Assembly (NCBI GenBank): GCA_965365985.1
Contig: CBDUDQ010000001.1
Span: 1 to 59,024 of the forward strand
Direction of reading: 5' to 3'
Length of the DNA: 59,024 nt
DNA from: an uncultured Erysipelothrix sp.
Lineage (GTDB): Bacteria > Bacillota_I > Bacilli_A > Erysipelotrichales > Erysipelotrichaceae
The notes beneath the pieces were generated by a model. That model had not been told where the DNA came from and searched no databases. It saw only the letters and a program-made list of their open reading frames with translations. The position numbers and the translations under genes are program-made. Positions 1 through 9,332 of this stretch are shown piece after piece (the stretch's first letter is position 1; every line of letters starts with the position of its first letter).

Positions 1-2
1 GC

Positions 3-1190
3 CCATATGGTGGTGACGGTGGAAATGGTGGTAATATCGTTTTCGTAGCTGATTCCAACAAATCCACTTTATTAGACTTAAGATTTAATAGAGTGGTAAA
101 AGCGTCCCATGGTATTCCGGGGAAAAACAAAAAAATGCACGGTAAAGATGCGCTAGACACCATCATCCGTGTTCCTGTTGGTACCATTATTACTGATGTT
201 AAAAGAGGCATTGTTTTAGCTGACTTAACACTCGTAGGACAAAAAGAAATTATTGCTTTTGGTGGTAAAGGGGGTCGTGGAAACATTCGTTTTGCGACTC
301 CAAGAAATCCAGCGCCATCTTTTGCTGAAAAAGGTGAATTGGGCCAATCATTAGAAGTAAATATAGAGTTAAAATTATTGGCAGATATCGGTTTGATTGG
401 CTTCCCATCAGTGGGTAAATCAACACTCTTATCCGTAATCACACGCGCAAAACCAGAAATTGCTGATTACCATTTTACTACAATCGTTCCTAACTTAGGA
501 ATCGCTTCGAGTCCTGATGGTCGATCATTTGCAGTTGCTGATATGCCAGGTCTTATTGAAGATGCTCATATGGGTAAAGGATTAGGACACATTTTCTTGA
601 AACATATTGAACGTACACGTATTTTAGTACATGTTCTTGATATGGGTAGTGAAGATGGTCGAGATCCGGTTGAAGATTACAAGATCATCAATCAAGAACT
701 TGAAAAATACAATGCCAGTTTGATGAATAAACCCATGGTTGTAGTTGCGAATAAGATGGACTTAGATGTTGCGGCAGAGAATTTAGTTAAATTTAAAGCT
801 GCATATCCTGATCTTGAAGTCTTCGAGCTGATTACTATGGTTGGTGAAGGGGTAGAATCATTATTATACCGCTTGGCTGATATTCTAGATGAAACTCAAG
901 CTAATAAAGTTGAAGCTCAAACAGAATCTGTCATCTTCAAATATGAAGCTCCGACAAAAAACTTTGAAGTTACTCGCATTGATGCGACTACTTGGCGAGT
1001 AGCGGGCGAACTCATAGATCGTCAATTCCGTCAGTATGATTTCGATAAAGAAGAATCAGTGGTTCAATTTGGTTTAGCCATGAAGCGTGCAGGAGTTGAC
1101 CGTGCGCTTCGTGACACTGGAGTCAAAGATGGCGACATGGTAATTCTTGCAGATGTACAGTTCATTTTCGATGAAGGTGTGGTAGAATAG
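3..1190 (+). CDS. obgE: GTPase ObgE/CgtA (5'-truncated by window edge)
   Basis: Frame is open from position 3 (PYGGDGGNGGNIVF, Gly-rich Obg fold). G1 GFPSVGKS, G2 YHFTT, G3 DMPG, G4 NKMD and a C-terminal OCT domain are present. Confidence 0.97.
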   Translation, partial: PYGGDGGNGGNIVFVADSNKSTLLDLRFNRVVKASHGIPGKNKKMHGKDALDTIIRVPVGTIITDVKRGIVLADLTLVGQKEIIAFGGKGGRGNIRFATPRNPAPSFAEKGELGQSLEVNIELKLLADIGLIGFPSVGKSTLLSVITRAKPEIADYHFTTIVPNLGIASSPDGRSFAVADMPGLIEDAHMGKGLGHIFLKHIERTRILVHVLDMGSEDGRDPVEDYKIINQELEKYNASLMNKPMVVVANKMDLDVAAENLVKFKAAYPDLEVFELITMVGEGVESLLYRLADILDETQANKVEAQTESVIFKYEAPTKNFEVTRIDATTWRVAGELIDRQFRQYDFDKEESVVQFGLAMKRAGVDRALRDTGVKDGDMVILADVQFIFDEGVVE

Positions 1191-1203
1191 ATTTGGTGAT
1201 TCT

Positions 1204-1794
1204 ATGATAGCTTTTATAAATGGACGATTAGTAGACAAAGAATTAGATGCAGTGATTCTCGATAACCAAGGAATTGGTTATCGAGTTTTCTGTACGAATT
1301 CGATGTCTTTTTCTTTAGGTGAAACTTACCTATTTTACACTCATTTTCAAGTGCGTGAAGATGCACAAATTCTTTTTGGTTTTATTGATAAAGAAGAGTT
1401 GGCACTCTTTAAAACAATCATCGGTGTTAAGGGAATTGGCCCTAAAACTGGCATGAACATCATGAGCAAAGGCAGTGCTGCACAATTCATTCAAGCCATT
1501 GAAAATGAGGATTTGAAATACCTTAAAACATTACCTGGTGTTGGCGCAAGAACAGCCTCACAAATGATTTTGGATTTAAAAGGTAAAGTAGTGACTGAGA
1601 GCGTAGTTAAAAATAATAAACACCACAATGATCAAGACGATGAAGTTGTTTTAGCACTCTTATCATTAGGGTTTTCAAGAGCTGAATTACAATCAATTCA
1701 AACATCACTTAGCAAAGAAGAAAATCAGAAAACAGAACATTTAATCAAAATCGGACTACAATTACTCAATAAAAAAAGAAGGGGGCAATCTTAA
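1204..1794 (+). CDS. ruvA: Holliday junction branch migration protein RuvA
   Basis: MIAFING start, [11 protein letters not shown] motif, HhH motifs VKGIGPK and LPGVGAR; directly upstream of ruvB. Confidence 0.97.
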   Translation: MIAFINGRLVDKELDAVILDNQGIGYRVFCTNSMSFSLGETYLFYTHFQVREDAQILFGFIDKEELALFKTIIGVKGIGPKTGMNIMSKGSAAQFIQAIENEDLKYLKTLPGVGARTASQMILDLKGKVVTESVVKNNKHHNDQDDEVVLALLSLGFSRAELQSIQTSLSKEENQKTEHLIKIGLQLLNKKRRGQS

Positions 1795-2795
1795 TGTCAC
1801 GTATTTTATCAGCTGAATCAGAAGAAGAAATAACAGACTTAGAAAAAAGTTTGCGCCCGTCTACCTTAAAAGAATATATTGGACAAGATGTTTTAAAAGA
1901 CAATTTAAGTATCTTCATCGAAGCCGCTCGAAACAGAAATGAAACTTTAGACCATTTGTTATTCTATGGTCCTCCAGGATTGGGAAAAACAACTCTGGCG
2001 TATATAATCGCCCATGAAATGGGTGTTGGTATCAAGGTTACTTCAGGTCCATCGATTGAAAGAAGTGGTGATTTGGCCGCTGTTTTATCAAGTTTGGAAC
2101 CGGGTGATGTACTTTTTATAGACGAAATTCACAGACTTCCAAAAGCAGTCGAAGAAATTTTATATCCAGCCATGGAGGATTTTACTCTTGATTTAATTGT
2201 AGGTAAAGATGAGATGGTTAGAGCCATTCAAATTGATTTACCACCATTTACCCTCGTAGGCGCAACAACTCGCGCAGGGGACCTCTCTTCACCTCTAAGG
2301 GACCGTTTCGGAATCATTTCTAAGCTTGAATATTATTCCCAAGAAGAATTAGAAACCATAGTCAAAAGAACCTCACATGTTTTATCAACAGAAATTCATG
2401 AAAATGCAGTCATCGAAGTAGCACGAAGAAGTCGTGGTACACCTCGAATCGCAAACCGATTATTCAGACGAGTCCGAGATTTTGCACAAGTCATGAATGA
2501 TAATTTTATTGATTTTGACATTACCTCACATGCTCTAAATAAATTGAGAGTGGATCATGTGGGTTTGGACGATGTGGACATTCGATATTTACGAGGCATT
2601 ATTGAACGCTTCAATGGGGGACCTGTTGGTTTAGATGCCTTAGCGTCAAGTATTTCAGAAGAAACAATGACTTTAGAAGATGTTTATGAGCCTTACTTAT
2701 TACAGTTGGGTTTCATCAATAGAACCCCAAGAGGCCGCGTGGCGACTGAGAAAGCATACAAACATTTAAATATACCGTATGAGTTAGGAGAGTAG
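1794..2795 (+). CDS. ruvB: Holliday junction helicase RuvB
   Basis: LRP..L.EYIGQ, Walker [10 protein letters not shown], Walker B FIDEIHR, GATTRAG, RTPRGR. Confidence 0.98.
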   Translation: MSRILSAESEEEITDLEKSLRPSTLKEYIGQDVLKDNLSIFIEAARNRNETLDHLLFYGPPGLGKTTLAYIIAHEMGVGIKVTSGPSIERSGDLAAVLSSLEPGDVLFIDEIHRLPKAVEEILYPAMEDFTLDLIVGKDEMVRAIQIDLPPFTLVGATTRAGDLSSPLRDRFGIISKLEYYSQEELETIVKRTSHVLSTEIHENAVIEVARRSRGTPRIANRLFRRVRDFAQVMNDNFIDFDITSHALNKLRVDHVGLDDVDIRYLRGIIERFNGGPVGLDALASSISEETMTLEDVYEPYLLQLGFINRTPRGRVATEKAYKHLNIPYELGE

Positions 2796-2796
2796 C

Positions 2797-3870
2797 ATGA
2801 AAATTTGTATAACAACCGGCGGAAGCGGAGGACATATATTTCCTGCACTCAGTTTTGCCGATGCCATTAAAGATAAACACGAAATTACCTTTATAGGGAA
2901 TGATCATAAAATGGAATCATGGATTATACCAAAAGAAGGATACGAATTCTTCTCGATTCATAATCAAGGTTTACAAGGCAGCTTTATTGATAAGATTAAA
3001 GCAGTTTTATCACAGTTTAAAGCAATACAACAAGCCAGAGCTCATTTAGAGAGTATTAAACCTGATCTTGTCATTTCCTTTGGTGGCTATGTCAGCCTGC
3101 CAGTTGTGATGGCCGCTCAAAAATTAAATATTAAAATAATATTACATGAACAAAATGCTCTACCAGGTAAAGCTAACCGCATGGCAGCCAAATATGCTAG
3201 TAAGATTGTGACATGTTATGAAGAAACATTTGCTGGAGATCCTAAGACTGCTTATTTGGGGAATCCAAGAGCTTCTCTAACTTTAGAGGATATTGATTCA
3301 AGTACAGAACTTGATCGTTTAAAAATTGATTTAGATAAACGTTTGGTATTGATGGTTATGGGGTCACAAGGGTCGACTTCAATGAATCTAATATTCAAGG
3401 ACTTTATCAAACACTTTGATGACGAGGATTATCAAGTAGTGCTTGTGAGTGGACCCACAAATTACGAAGCCTTTATGAAAGACATTGGTTCTTACCATCA
3501 AAATGTTAAAATTACCGATTTTGTTGACCAAAAAGCTTTACTCCCTTATATTGACTTGATGGTTTGTAGAAGTGGTGCTTCAACCATAGCTGAAATTCAA
3601 GCATTTGGATTGGCAGCGTGCTTCATTCCTTCTCCTCATGTGGCCAACAATCATCAGTATTACAATGCATTGGCTTTATATGATAAAGATGCGTGCTTTA
3701 TGTTAGAAGAAGCCAAGATAGATGGTGATGCACTTAATAAGTCCATAAAAACCTTCATGAGTGACGAATCATCTTTAGAATCAATAAGAGTAAATGCAAA
3801 GAAAATGAACAAACCCAATGCCATAAAAGATATGATTCAATTGGCTGAAGAAACTGTCAATTTATCATGA
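2797..3870 (+). CDS. murG: Lipid II GlcNAc transferase MurG
   Basis: GGSGGHIFPA, GGYVS.P, HEQN..PG.AN, GNP, GSQG, RSGASTIAE, HQYYNA motifs. Confidence 0.96.
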   Translation: MKICITTGGSGGHIFPALSFADAIKDKHEITFIGNDHKMESWIIPKEGYEFFSIHNQGLQGSFIDKIKAVLSQFKAIQQARAHLESIKPDLVISFGGYVSLPVVMAAQKLNIKIILHEQNALPGKANRMAAKYASKIVTCYEETFAGDPKTAYLGNPRASLTLEDIDSSTELDRLKIDLDKRLVLMVMGSQGSTSMNLIFKDFIKHFDDEDYQVVLVSGPTNYEAFMKDIGSYHQNVKITDFVDQKALLPYIDLMVCRSGASTIAEIQAFGLAACFIPSPHVANNHQYYNALALYDKDACFMLEEAKIDGDALNKSIKTFMSDESSLESIRVNAKKMNKPNAIKDMIQLAEETVNLS

Positions 3871-4670
3871 GACGCAGTGTGAGGGAGTTAGAAGACGAAA
3901 CGCATCCGATGGGTAAAATTTCTAATGAAATCCGTTTTAACAAAAAGATGAAGAAGAAAAGACGACGTGCCAGAATTTTAAAAAGACTCTTCATTTTACT
4001 TATTCTCGTATTGGTTGGTTTTTCAATTTATCAATTTGATCAATCAAAGTATAGTCGAATCCAGGTTTTAAAAGTAAGCGGCAATTCCATCATCACAGAT
4101 GAAGAAGTTTTGGATTTATTGTCTGTTCAAGAACAGGATCGTTTACTTTCTACATATTTTAAAAGAAAGTCTAAATTAAAGAGACATCCATTGGTAGACG
4201 ATATTAAAATTAATGTATACTTAAGACAGGGATATGTTAATATTGACATCAATGAGAAAAAACCCTTGGCTTATTCAAATCAAGAAATCGCATCAATATA
4301 TTTCGACAATGCATACGCCTTGGAAATTGATGAGGAAAACATCCATGCGATTACAGGTCTGCCACTTTTAGTTGATTTTGCACCAGAATATATTTCTGAA
4401 AATCTGCTCAAAGGACTGAATAATTTAGATGAATCAGTTTTATTGGCAATCTCTGAAATTCATCATGAACCCAAAGATTTAGACGAGTTTGCTATGAAAA
4501 TGGTCATGAATGATAATTACTTCGTATATATAAGTATCGAAACTTTACCTATGCTAGGAAGTTATGCTACACTTATAAATGGAGCGGACGAAGGCAATCG
4601 TTGTATCGATATGATTGAGTACGGTCCAAGTGAAGAAACAACAACTGCAATAGTCAGAAAATGTAAATAA
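3867..4670 (+). CDS. divIB: Cell division protein DivIB/FtsQ family
   Basis: Basic N-terminus, single TM helix, POTRA-like segment (VSGNSIITDEEV); overlaps the murG stop. Confidence 0.8.
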   Translation: MRRSVRELEDETHPMGKISNEIRFNKKMKKKRRRARILKRLFILLILVLVGFSIYQFDQSKYSRIQVLKVSGNSIITDEEVLDLLSVQEQDRLLSTYFKRKSKLKRHPLVDDIKINVYLRQGYVNIDINEKKPLAYSNQEIASIYFDNAYALEIDEENIHAITGLPLLVDFAPEYISENLLKGLNNLDESVLLAISEIHHEPKDLDEFAMKMVMNDNYFVYISIETLPMLGSYATLINGADEGNRCIDMIEYGPSEETTTAIVRKCK

Positions 4671-4691
4671 AACAATAAGGAGGAGAATGAA

Positions 4692-5051
4692 ATGGCGATT
4701 GAACAAATCAATGAATACGGAAAAATAAATGTTTCTAACGAAGCGATCGCGATGCTTGCTGGAGGTGTCGTAACTGAATGTTATGGTGTCGTCGGTATGG
4801 CTTCTCAACAAGTATTTAAAGATGGTTTAGCTGAACTTTTAAAAGGTGAAAACTTTGCTAAAGGTGTGGTCGTAAGAAACAGCGAAGCTGGTTTTGATTT
4901 GGATTTATATATTGTAGTTAGCTACAATGTTAAAATTTCAGAAGTGGTATTAGAAGTACAAAAAAAGGCAAAATACATGCTCGAAAAAACATTACAACAA
5001 AAATTTAATTCTATCAATGTTTACGTTCAAGGTATTAAGGTTATAAAATAA
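4692..5051 (+). CDS. Asp23/Gls24 family protein (YloU-like)
   Basis: NEYGKINVS...ECYGVVGMAS...INVYVQGI motifs; strong AGGAGG SD; canonical position before the DAK2/fakA gene. Confidence 0.92.
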   Translation: MAIEQINEYGKINVSNEAIAMLAGGVVTECYGVVGMASQQVFKDGLAELLKGENFAKGVVVRNSEAGFDLDLYIVVSYNVKISEVVLEVQKKAKYMLEKTLQQKFNSINVYVQGIKVIK

Positions 5052-6661
5052 TGAAAACGATAAATGGTAACGATTTTTTAAACATGCTTGAGTCAGGCGC
5101 AAACCATCTGAATAATCTGCACAATGAAATTAATGCTTTAAATGTGTTTCCAGTTCCAGATGGCGATACTGGTACAAACATGAACCTGACTTTCACATCA
5201 GGACTCAACGATGCAAAAAAACTGATGACATCTCATTTAGGTGATTTATCAAAAACTCTTTCTCGCGGTCTTTTAATGGGCGCAAGAGGGAACTCAGGAG
5301 TTATCTTATCTCAGATTTTCAGAGGTTTTGCACAATCTGTTGAATCATTAAAAGAAGCAAACGTCTCACAACTTGCTGATGCATTCCAAAATGGTAAAGT
5401 GATTGCTTATAAAGCGGTCATGCGTCCAGTTGAAGGAACTATTTTAACAGTATTACGTGAATCGGCTCAAGAAGCTTATGATCACGTATTGTTAAACCCA
5501 GATATCAGTATACTAGAATTCTTTGAATTCTTAGTTGTTGCAGCTGATAAATCTTTAGAAAACACCCCAAACTTACTCCCAATTCTTAAAGAAGTGGGCG
5601 TTGTTGATAGTGGTGGTAAAGGTTATTTATCAATTCTTGAAGGTTTTGTAGCTGCTCTTAAAGGAGAAAGCATCCAACTTTCAGAAAATAACGATACTGT
5701 TTTTGAAAATGCAGGCGATTTCGACCATGAAGAATTTGGTTACTGTACAGAATTTATTGTTAGAATCGATGAAACTAAATTAGCACGCTATAACGAAGAT
5801 AAATTTAGAGCGCAACTTGAAGCCATTGGTAATTCATTGGTTGTTGTTACTGATGAAGATTTAGTCAAAGTACATGTTCATACATTGACTCCAGGGAATG
5901 CATTAAACTTGGGGCAAAAATTTGGTGAATTCGTTAAATTAAAAATCGAAAATATGACAGAACAACACAACACAATTCTGGAAGATAACGTAACAAAAGC
6001 GCACAGTAAATATGCTATTGTATCTGTTGCTGCTGGAAATGGCATAGAAAAAATGTTTAAAGATTTAAGAGCTGAGTACATTATTTCTGGGGGACAAACA
6101 ATGAACCCATCTACAGAAGATTTTGTTGAATTGATTGCATCAATCGATGCAGATCATATCTTTGTATTGCCAAACAACTCAAATATTGTCATGGCAGCAA
6201 ACCAAGCTAAAGAAATACTTGAAGAGAAAGACATACATGTCATTCCTACAAAAACCATTCCTCAAGGATTATCAGCATGCGTCATGTTTAACCCTGATGT
6301 TGATGTTGAGGAAAACTTAGAAGAAATGGCAGCAGCTGTTGCACATTGTAAAACAGGACAAGTAACTTATGCTATTAAAGATACAATGTTCGAATCAATT
6401 GAAATCAAAGAAAATGATTTTATGGGTATTAAAGAAAATGAAATTGTAGTTACAAATAAAGACCGTCGCGCTGCGAGTGAGGCATTGATTGCTTTACTAA
6501 TTGATGAGGACAGTGAGTTAGTAACATTAATTGCAGGAAAAGATGTCAGTGATGAAGAATCAGAGTCATTGCTTGAGTTCATTGAACAAAATTACGATGT
6601 CGAAGTAGAATCACATCGTGGAGATCAACCTGTTTATGCATATATTATAGGTGTTGAGTAA
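5051..6661 (+). CDS. fakA: DAK2-domain fatty acid kinase subunit A (YloV/FakA)
   Basis: INALNVFPVPDGDTGTNM, GARGNSGVILSQ, GYCTEF, KVHVHT, GGQTMNPS. Confidence 0.94.
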   Translation: MKTINGNDFLNMLESGANHLNNLHNEINALNVFPVPDGDTGTNMNLTFTSGLNDAKKLMTSHLGDLSKTLSRGLLMGARGNSGVILSQIFRGFAQSVESLKEANVSQLADAFQNGKVIAYKAVMRPVEGTILTVLRESAQEAYDHVLLNPDISILEFFEFLVVAADKSLENTPNLLPILKEVGVVDSGGKGYLSILEGFVAALKGESIQLSENNDTVFENAGDFDHEEFGYCTEFIVRIDETKLARYNEDKFRAQLEAIGNSLVVVTDEDLVKVHVHTLTPGNALNLGQKFGEFVKLKIENMTEQHNTILEDNVTKAHSKYAIVSVAAGNGIEKMFKDLRAEYIISGGQTMNPSTEDFVELIASIDADHIFVLPNNSNIVMAANQAKEILEEKDIHVIPTKTIPQGLSACVMFNPDVDVEENLEEMAAAVAHCKTGQVTYAIKDTMFESIEIKENDFMGIKENEIVVTNKDRRAASEALIALLIDEDSELVTLIAGKDVSDEESESLLEFIEQNYDVEVESHRGDQPVYAYIIGVE

Positions 6662-6684
6662 AAGGGCGTCAGCCCTTTTCTTTT
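6660..6684 (+). terminator. Intrinsic terminator-like hairpin between fakA and recG
   Basis: aaaagggc-gtca-gccctttt followed by ctttt, ending immediately before the recG ATG. Confidence 0.7.
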
Positions 6685-8613
6685 ATGAAACTTACACTAA
6701 AACAAGAGCTCATCATTGAAAAACTCAATTACACTGATCCGCATGATTTTCTTAAACATTATCCCATAAGATATGATTTTTTAGCTTTAAAACCAGTTCA
6801 AGAATGGCAAGAAAAAGATGTAGTGGTAATTCATGGGCCACTCATCGGTGATTTTAAACGTTTCTCTTTTGGTAGAAATCGAGCAGGCATTCAATTTATG
6901 GTTGAATATGAACAACAATTAATTCGTTGTACTTTTTTTGCGCGCTTGTTTGTAAAAAAAGAACAATACGAAAATGGGATTACTGTCATTGGGAGTGTAT
7001 CCAAAGGTGCCATCATAGTGAAGTCACTCAATCAAAAACCAATCGAAGAGTCACTGGGTATTAAACCAATATACAGTTTAAAAAGTGGCATCAAAAACCA
7101 TGAAATCCATAATTTAATGAAAAAAATATTAAAAAAAGAATCATTCCATAATTTATTACCTGAATCTTTAATTAATAAATATCGATTATCAGACAGAGAT
7201 ACCGCAATGAGAGAAATACATTTCCCTCAGAATCCAAATCGCTTAAGAGATGCGCTAAGAACCCTAAAATATGAAGAATTTTTAGCTTATCATTTAAGCT
7301 TGATGTTGCAAAGCTTTGAACACACTCAAGGGTTTGCTAAGGTAGGGAAAGATATTGATGATTTAATCAGTCATTTGCCTTTCGATTTGATTTCTGATCA
7401 AGAAATTGCGGTAAATGAAATTATCACAGATTTAAAAAGTAATAGAAAAATGCAAAGAATGTTGCAGGGAGATGTAGGGAGTGGTAAGACCATTGTCGCA
7501 TTTCTTGCTGCTATTTACGTTATGAGGTCAAAATATCAAGTAGCCATGATGGCACCAACTGAGCTTCTTGCAAGACAACATTTTGAGTCTTTCAAACGTT
7601 TTTTTCCGGATATACCCGTTTATTTGTTAACACAAGATGTTAAAGATAAAGCTTTAGTACTAGAATTACTTAAAAAAGAGTCGACTCTATTTGTAATTGG
7701 TACTCATGCACTATTTCAAGATTCAGTAGAATTTATTAATCTATCCTTTGTAATCATTGATGAACAACACAGATTTGGTGTGGATCAAAGACAAAGACTC
7801 ATCCATAAAGGTGAACAAGTAGACAGTCTTATGTTAAGTGCTACCCCAATTCCTAGATCTCTTGCTAGAGCTCTGTTTTTTGATCAGGAAGTCTCTAGCA
7901 TCACACAATATCCTCAACACAGAAAAGAAACTGAAACGTTTTTAATTCAAGAAAATTCAATCAGAAGTATCGTAGATATTCTGACACTGCAACTACAAAA
8001 GAGAGAACAAATTTATGTGGTCTGTCCTTCTATTTATGAAGATGAAAGGGCTCATGTAAAAAATGTTTATGCACTTGAAGAACAATTAAGTTACGTGTTC
8101 GAAGATTACACTGTCGGTGTTTTGCATGGACAAATGAGTGCCGATGAAAAAACAAATGTCATGAATAAATTTATTAATAATGAAATACAAGTACTCATTT
8201 GTACGACAATCATTGAAGTCGGCGTGGATGTACATAATGCCAACACAATGGTTGTCTATAATGCTGAACAGTTTGGTCTTGCGACCTTACACCAATTAAG
8301 AGGACGTGTAGGACGAGGTAAACAAGCGGGACAATGCTACTACTTGTCCAAGAGTGAACACGAGCGACTTGAAGCTTTACTTGAAAGCTCAGATGGATTC
8401 GAACTTTCTCTTAAAGATATGAGATTCAGAGGATTTGGAGATGTATTGGGTAAAAGACAAACCGGAATGCCGCAGTTTATTTTAGCTGATGTTATAGAAG
8501 ATGAAAAAATACTTAATGTGAGCCGTGATGATGCAATTGAAATATCGAAACATCAAGAAGAATCACAATATCAATCAATAATTAAATATGCAAAAAGTAT
8601 GAATGATGTATAA
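6685..8613 (+). CDS. recG: ATP-dependent DNA helicase RecG
   Basis: LQGDVGSGKT, MAPTELLARQH, IIDEQHRFG, SATPIPR, QLRGRVGRG. Confidence 0.96.
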   Translation: MKLTLKQELIIEKLNYTDPHDFLKHYPIRYDFLALKPVQEWQEKDVVVIHGPLIGDFKRFSFGRNRAGIQFMVEYEQQLIRCTFFARLFVKKEQYENGITVIGSVSKGAIIVKSLNQKPIEESLGIKPIYSLKSGIKNHEIHNLMKKILKKESFHNLLPESLINKYRLSDRDTAMREIHFPQNPNRLRDALRTLKYEEFLAYHLSLMLQSFEHTQGFAKVGKDIDDLISHLPFDLISDQEIAVNEIITDLKSNRKMQRMLQGDVGSGKTIVAFLAAIYVMRSKYQVAMMAPTELLARQHFESFKRFFPDIPVYLLTQDVKDKALVLELLKKESTLFVIGTHALFQDSVEFINLSFVIIDEQHRFGVDQRQRLIHKGEQVDSLMLSATPIPRSLARALFFDQEVSSITQYPQHRKETETFLIQENSIRSIVDILTLQLQKREQIYVVCPSIYEDERAHVKNVYALEEQLSYVFEDYTVGVLHGQMSADEKTNVMNKFINNEIQVLICTTIIEVGVDVHNANTMVVYNAEQFGLATLHQLRGRVGRGKQAGQCYYLSKSEHERLEALLESSDGFELSLKDMRFRGFGDVLGKRQTGMPQFILADVIEDEKILNVSRDDAIEISKHQEESQYQSIIKYAKSMNDV

Positions 8614-8630
8614 TAGATAAAGGTGATAAT

Positions 8631-9311
8631 ATGACAATTTGGAAATTACTGGAATCATTTGAAATTCCGGTCAACAATAAAGCTTTAATTGAAAATGCGT
8701 TTATTCATTCTTCTTATGTGAATGAATCTGACATAAAATTAGAAGATAATGAAAGACTTGAATTTATGGGAGACGCGGTCTTACAAATATGTGTAAGTGA
8801 GCGCTTATTTGTGATGCGTCCGCAGCTTTCTGAAGGTGATATGACTCTTTATCGTGCGAGATTGGTATATGAACCTGCACTTGCAGAATATTCAAAACAA
8901 TTGCAACTCAATCAATTTTTACAATTAGGGATGGGTGAAGAACGTCATGGAGGACGTGATAGGGTCTCAATCATTGCTGACTTATTTGAAAGTTTCCTTG
9001 GCGCTGTCTATTTGGACTCTGGAATCAAATCTGTCAACAAAATATTAGATGTTGTTTTAATACCAGTCATGAAAAATCTGGAAGCATTAGGGATAACAGA
9101 CTACAAAACAAAATTGCAAGAATTCATTCAATCGGATTCGAGAAAATCAGTTTCATATGAAGTTATCGGAATAGAGGGACCAAGTAACAGACCTGAATTT
9201 GAAGTGGTTGTCAAACTTGATCATTTAATCTTCGGAAAAGGTAAAGGTTTAAGTAAGAAAAAAGCTGAACAAATGGCGGCGAAAGATGCCTTTGATAAAT
9301 TAGTACAGTAA
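8631..9311 (+). CDS. rnc: Ribonuclease III
   Basis: Signature NERLEFMGDAVL, ADLFES, C-terminal dsRBD (DYKTKLQE...KKKAEQMAA). Confidence 0.98.
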   Translation: MTIWKLLESFEIPVNNKALIENAFIHSSYVNESDIKLEDNERLEFMGDAVLQICVSERLFVMRPQLSEGDMTLYRARLVYEPALAEYSKQLQLNQFLQLGMGEERHGGRDRVSIIADLFESFLGAVYLDSGIKSVNKILDVVLIPVMKNLEALGITDYKTKLQEFIQSDSRKSVSYEVIGIEGPSNRPEFEVVVKLDHLIFGKGKGLSKKKAEQMAAKDAFDKLVQ

Positions 9312-9332
9312 ATAAAGGAGGCGCTTAAAAAA

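Noticed and set aside
93..1190. ORF-track start of obgE at 93
   Set aside because: The frame is open back to the window edge and encodes conserved Obg Gly-rich motifs, so the real start is upstream of the window.
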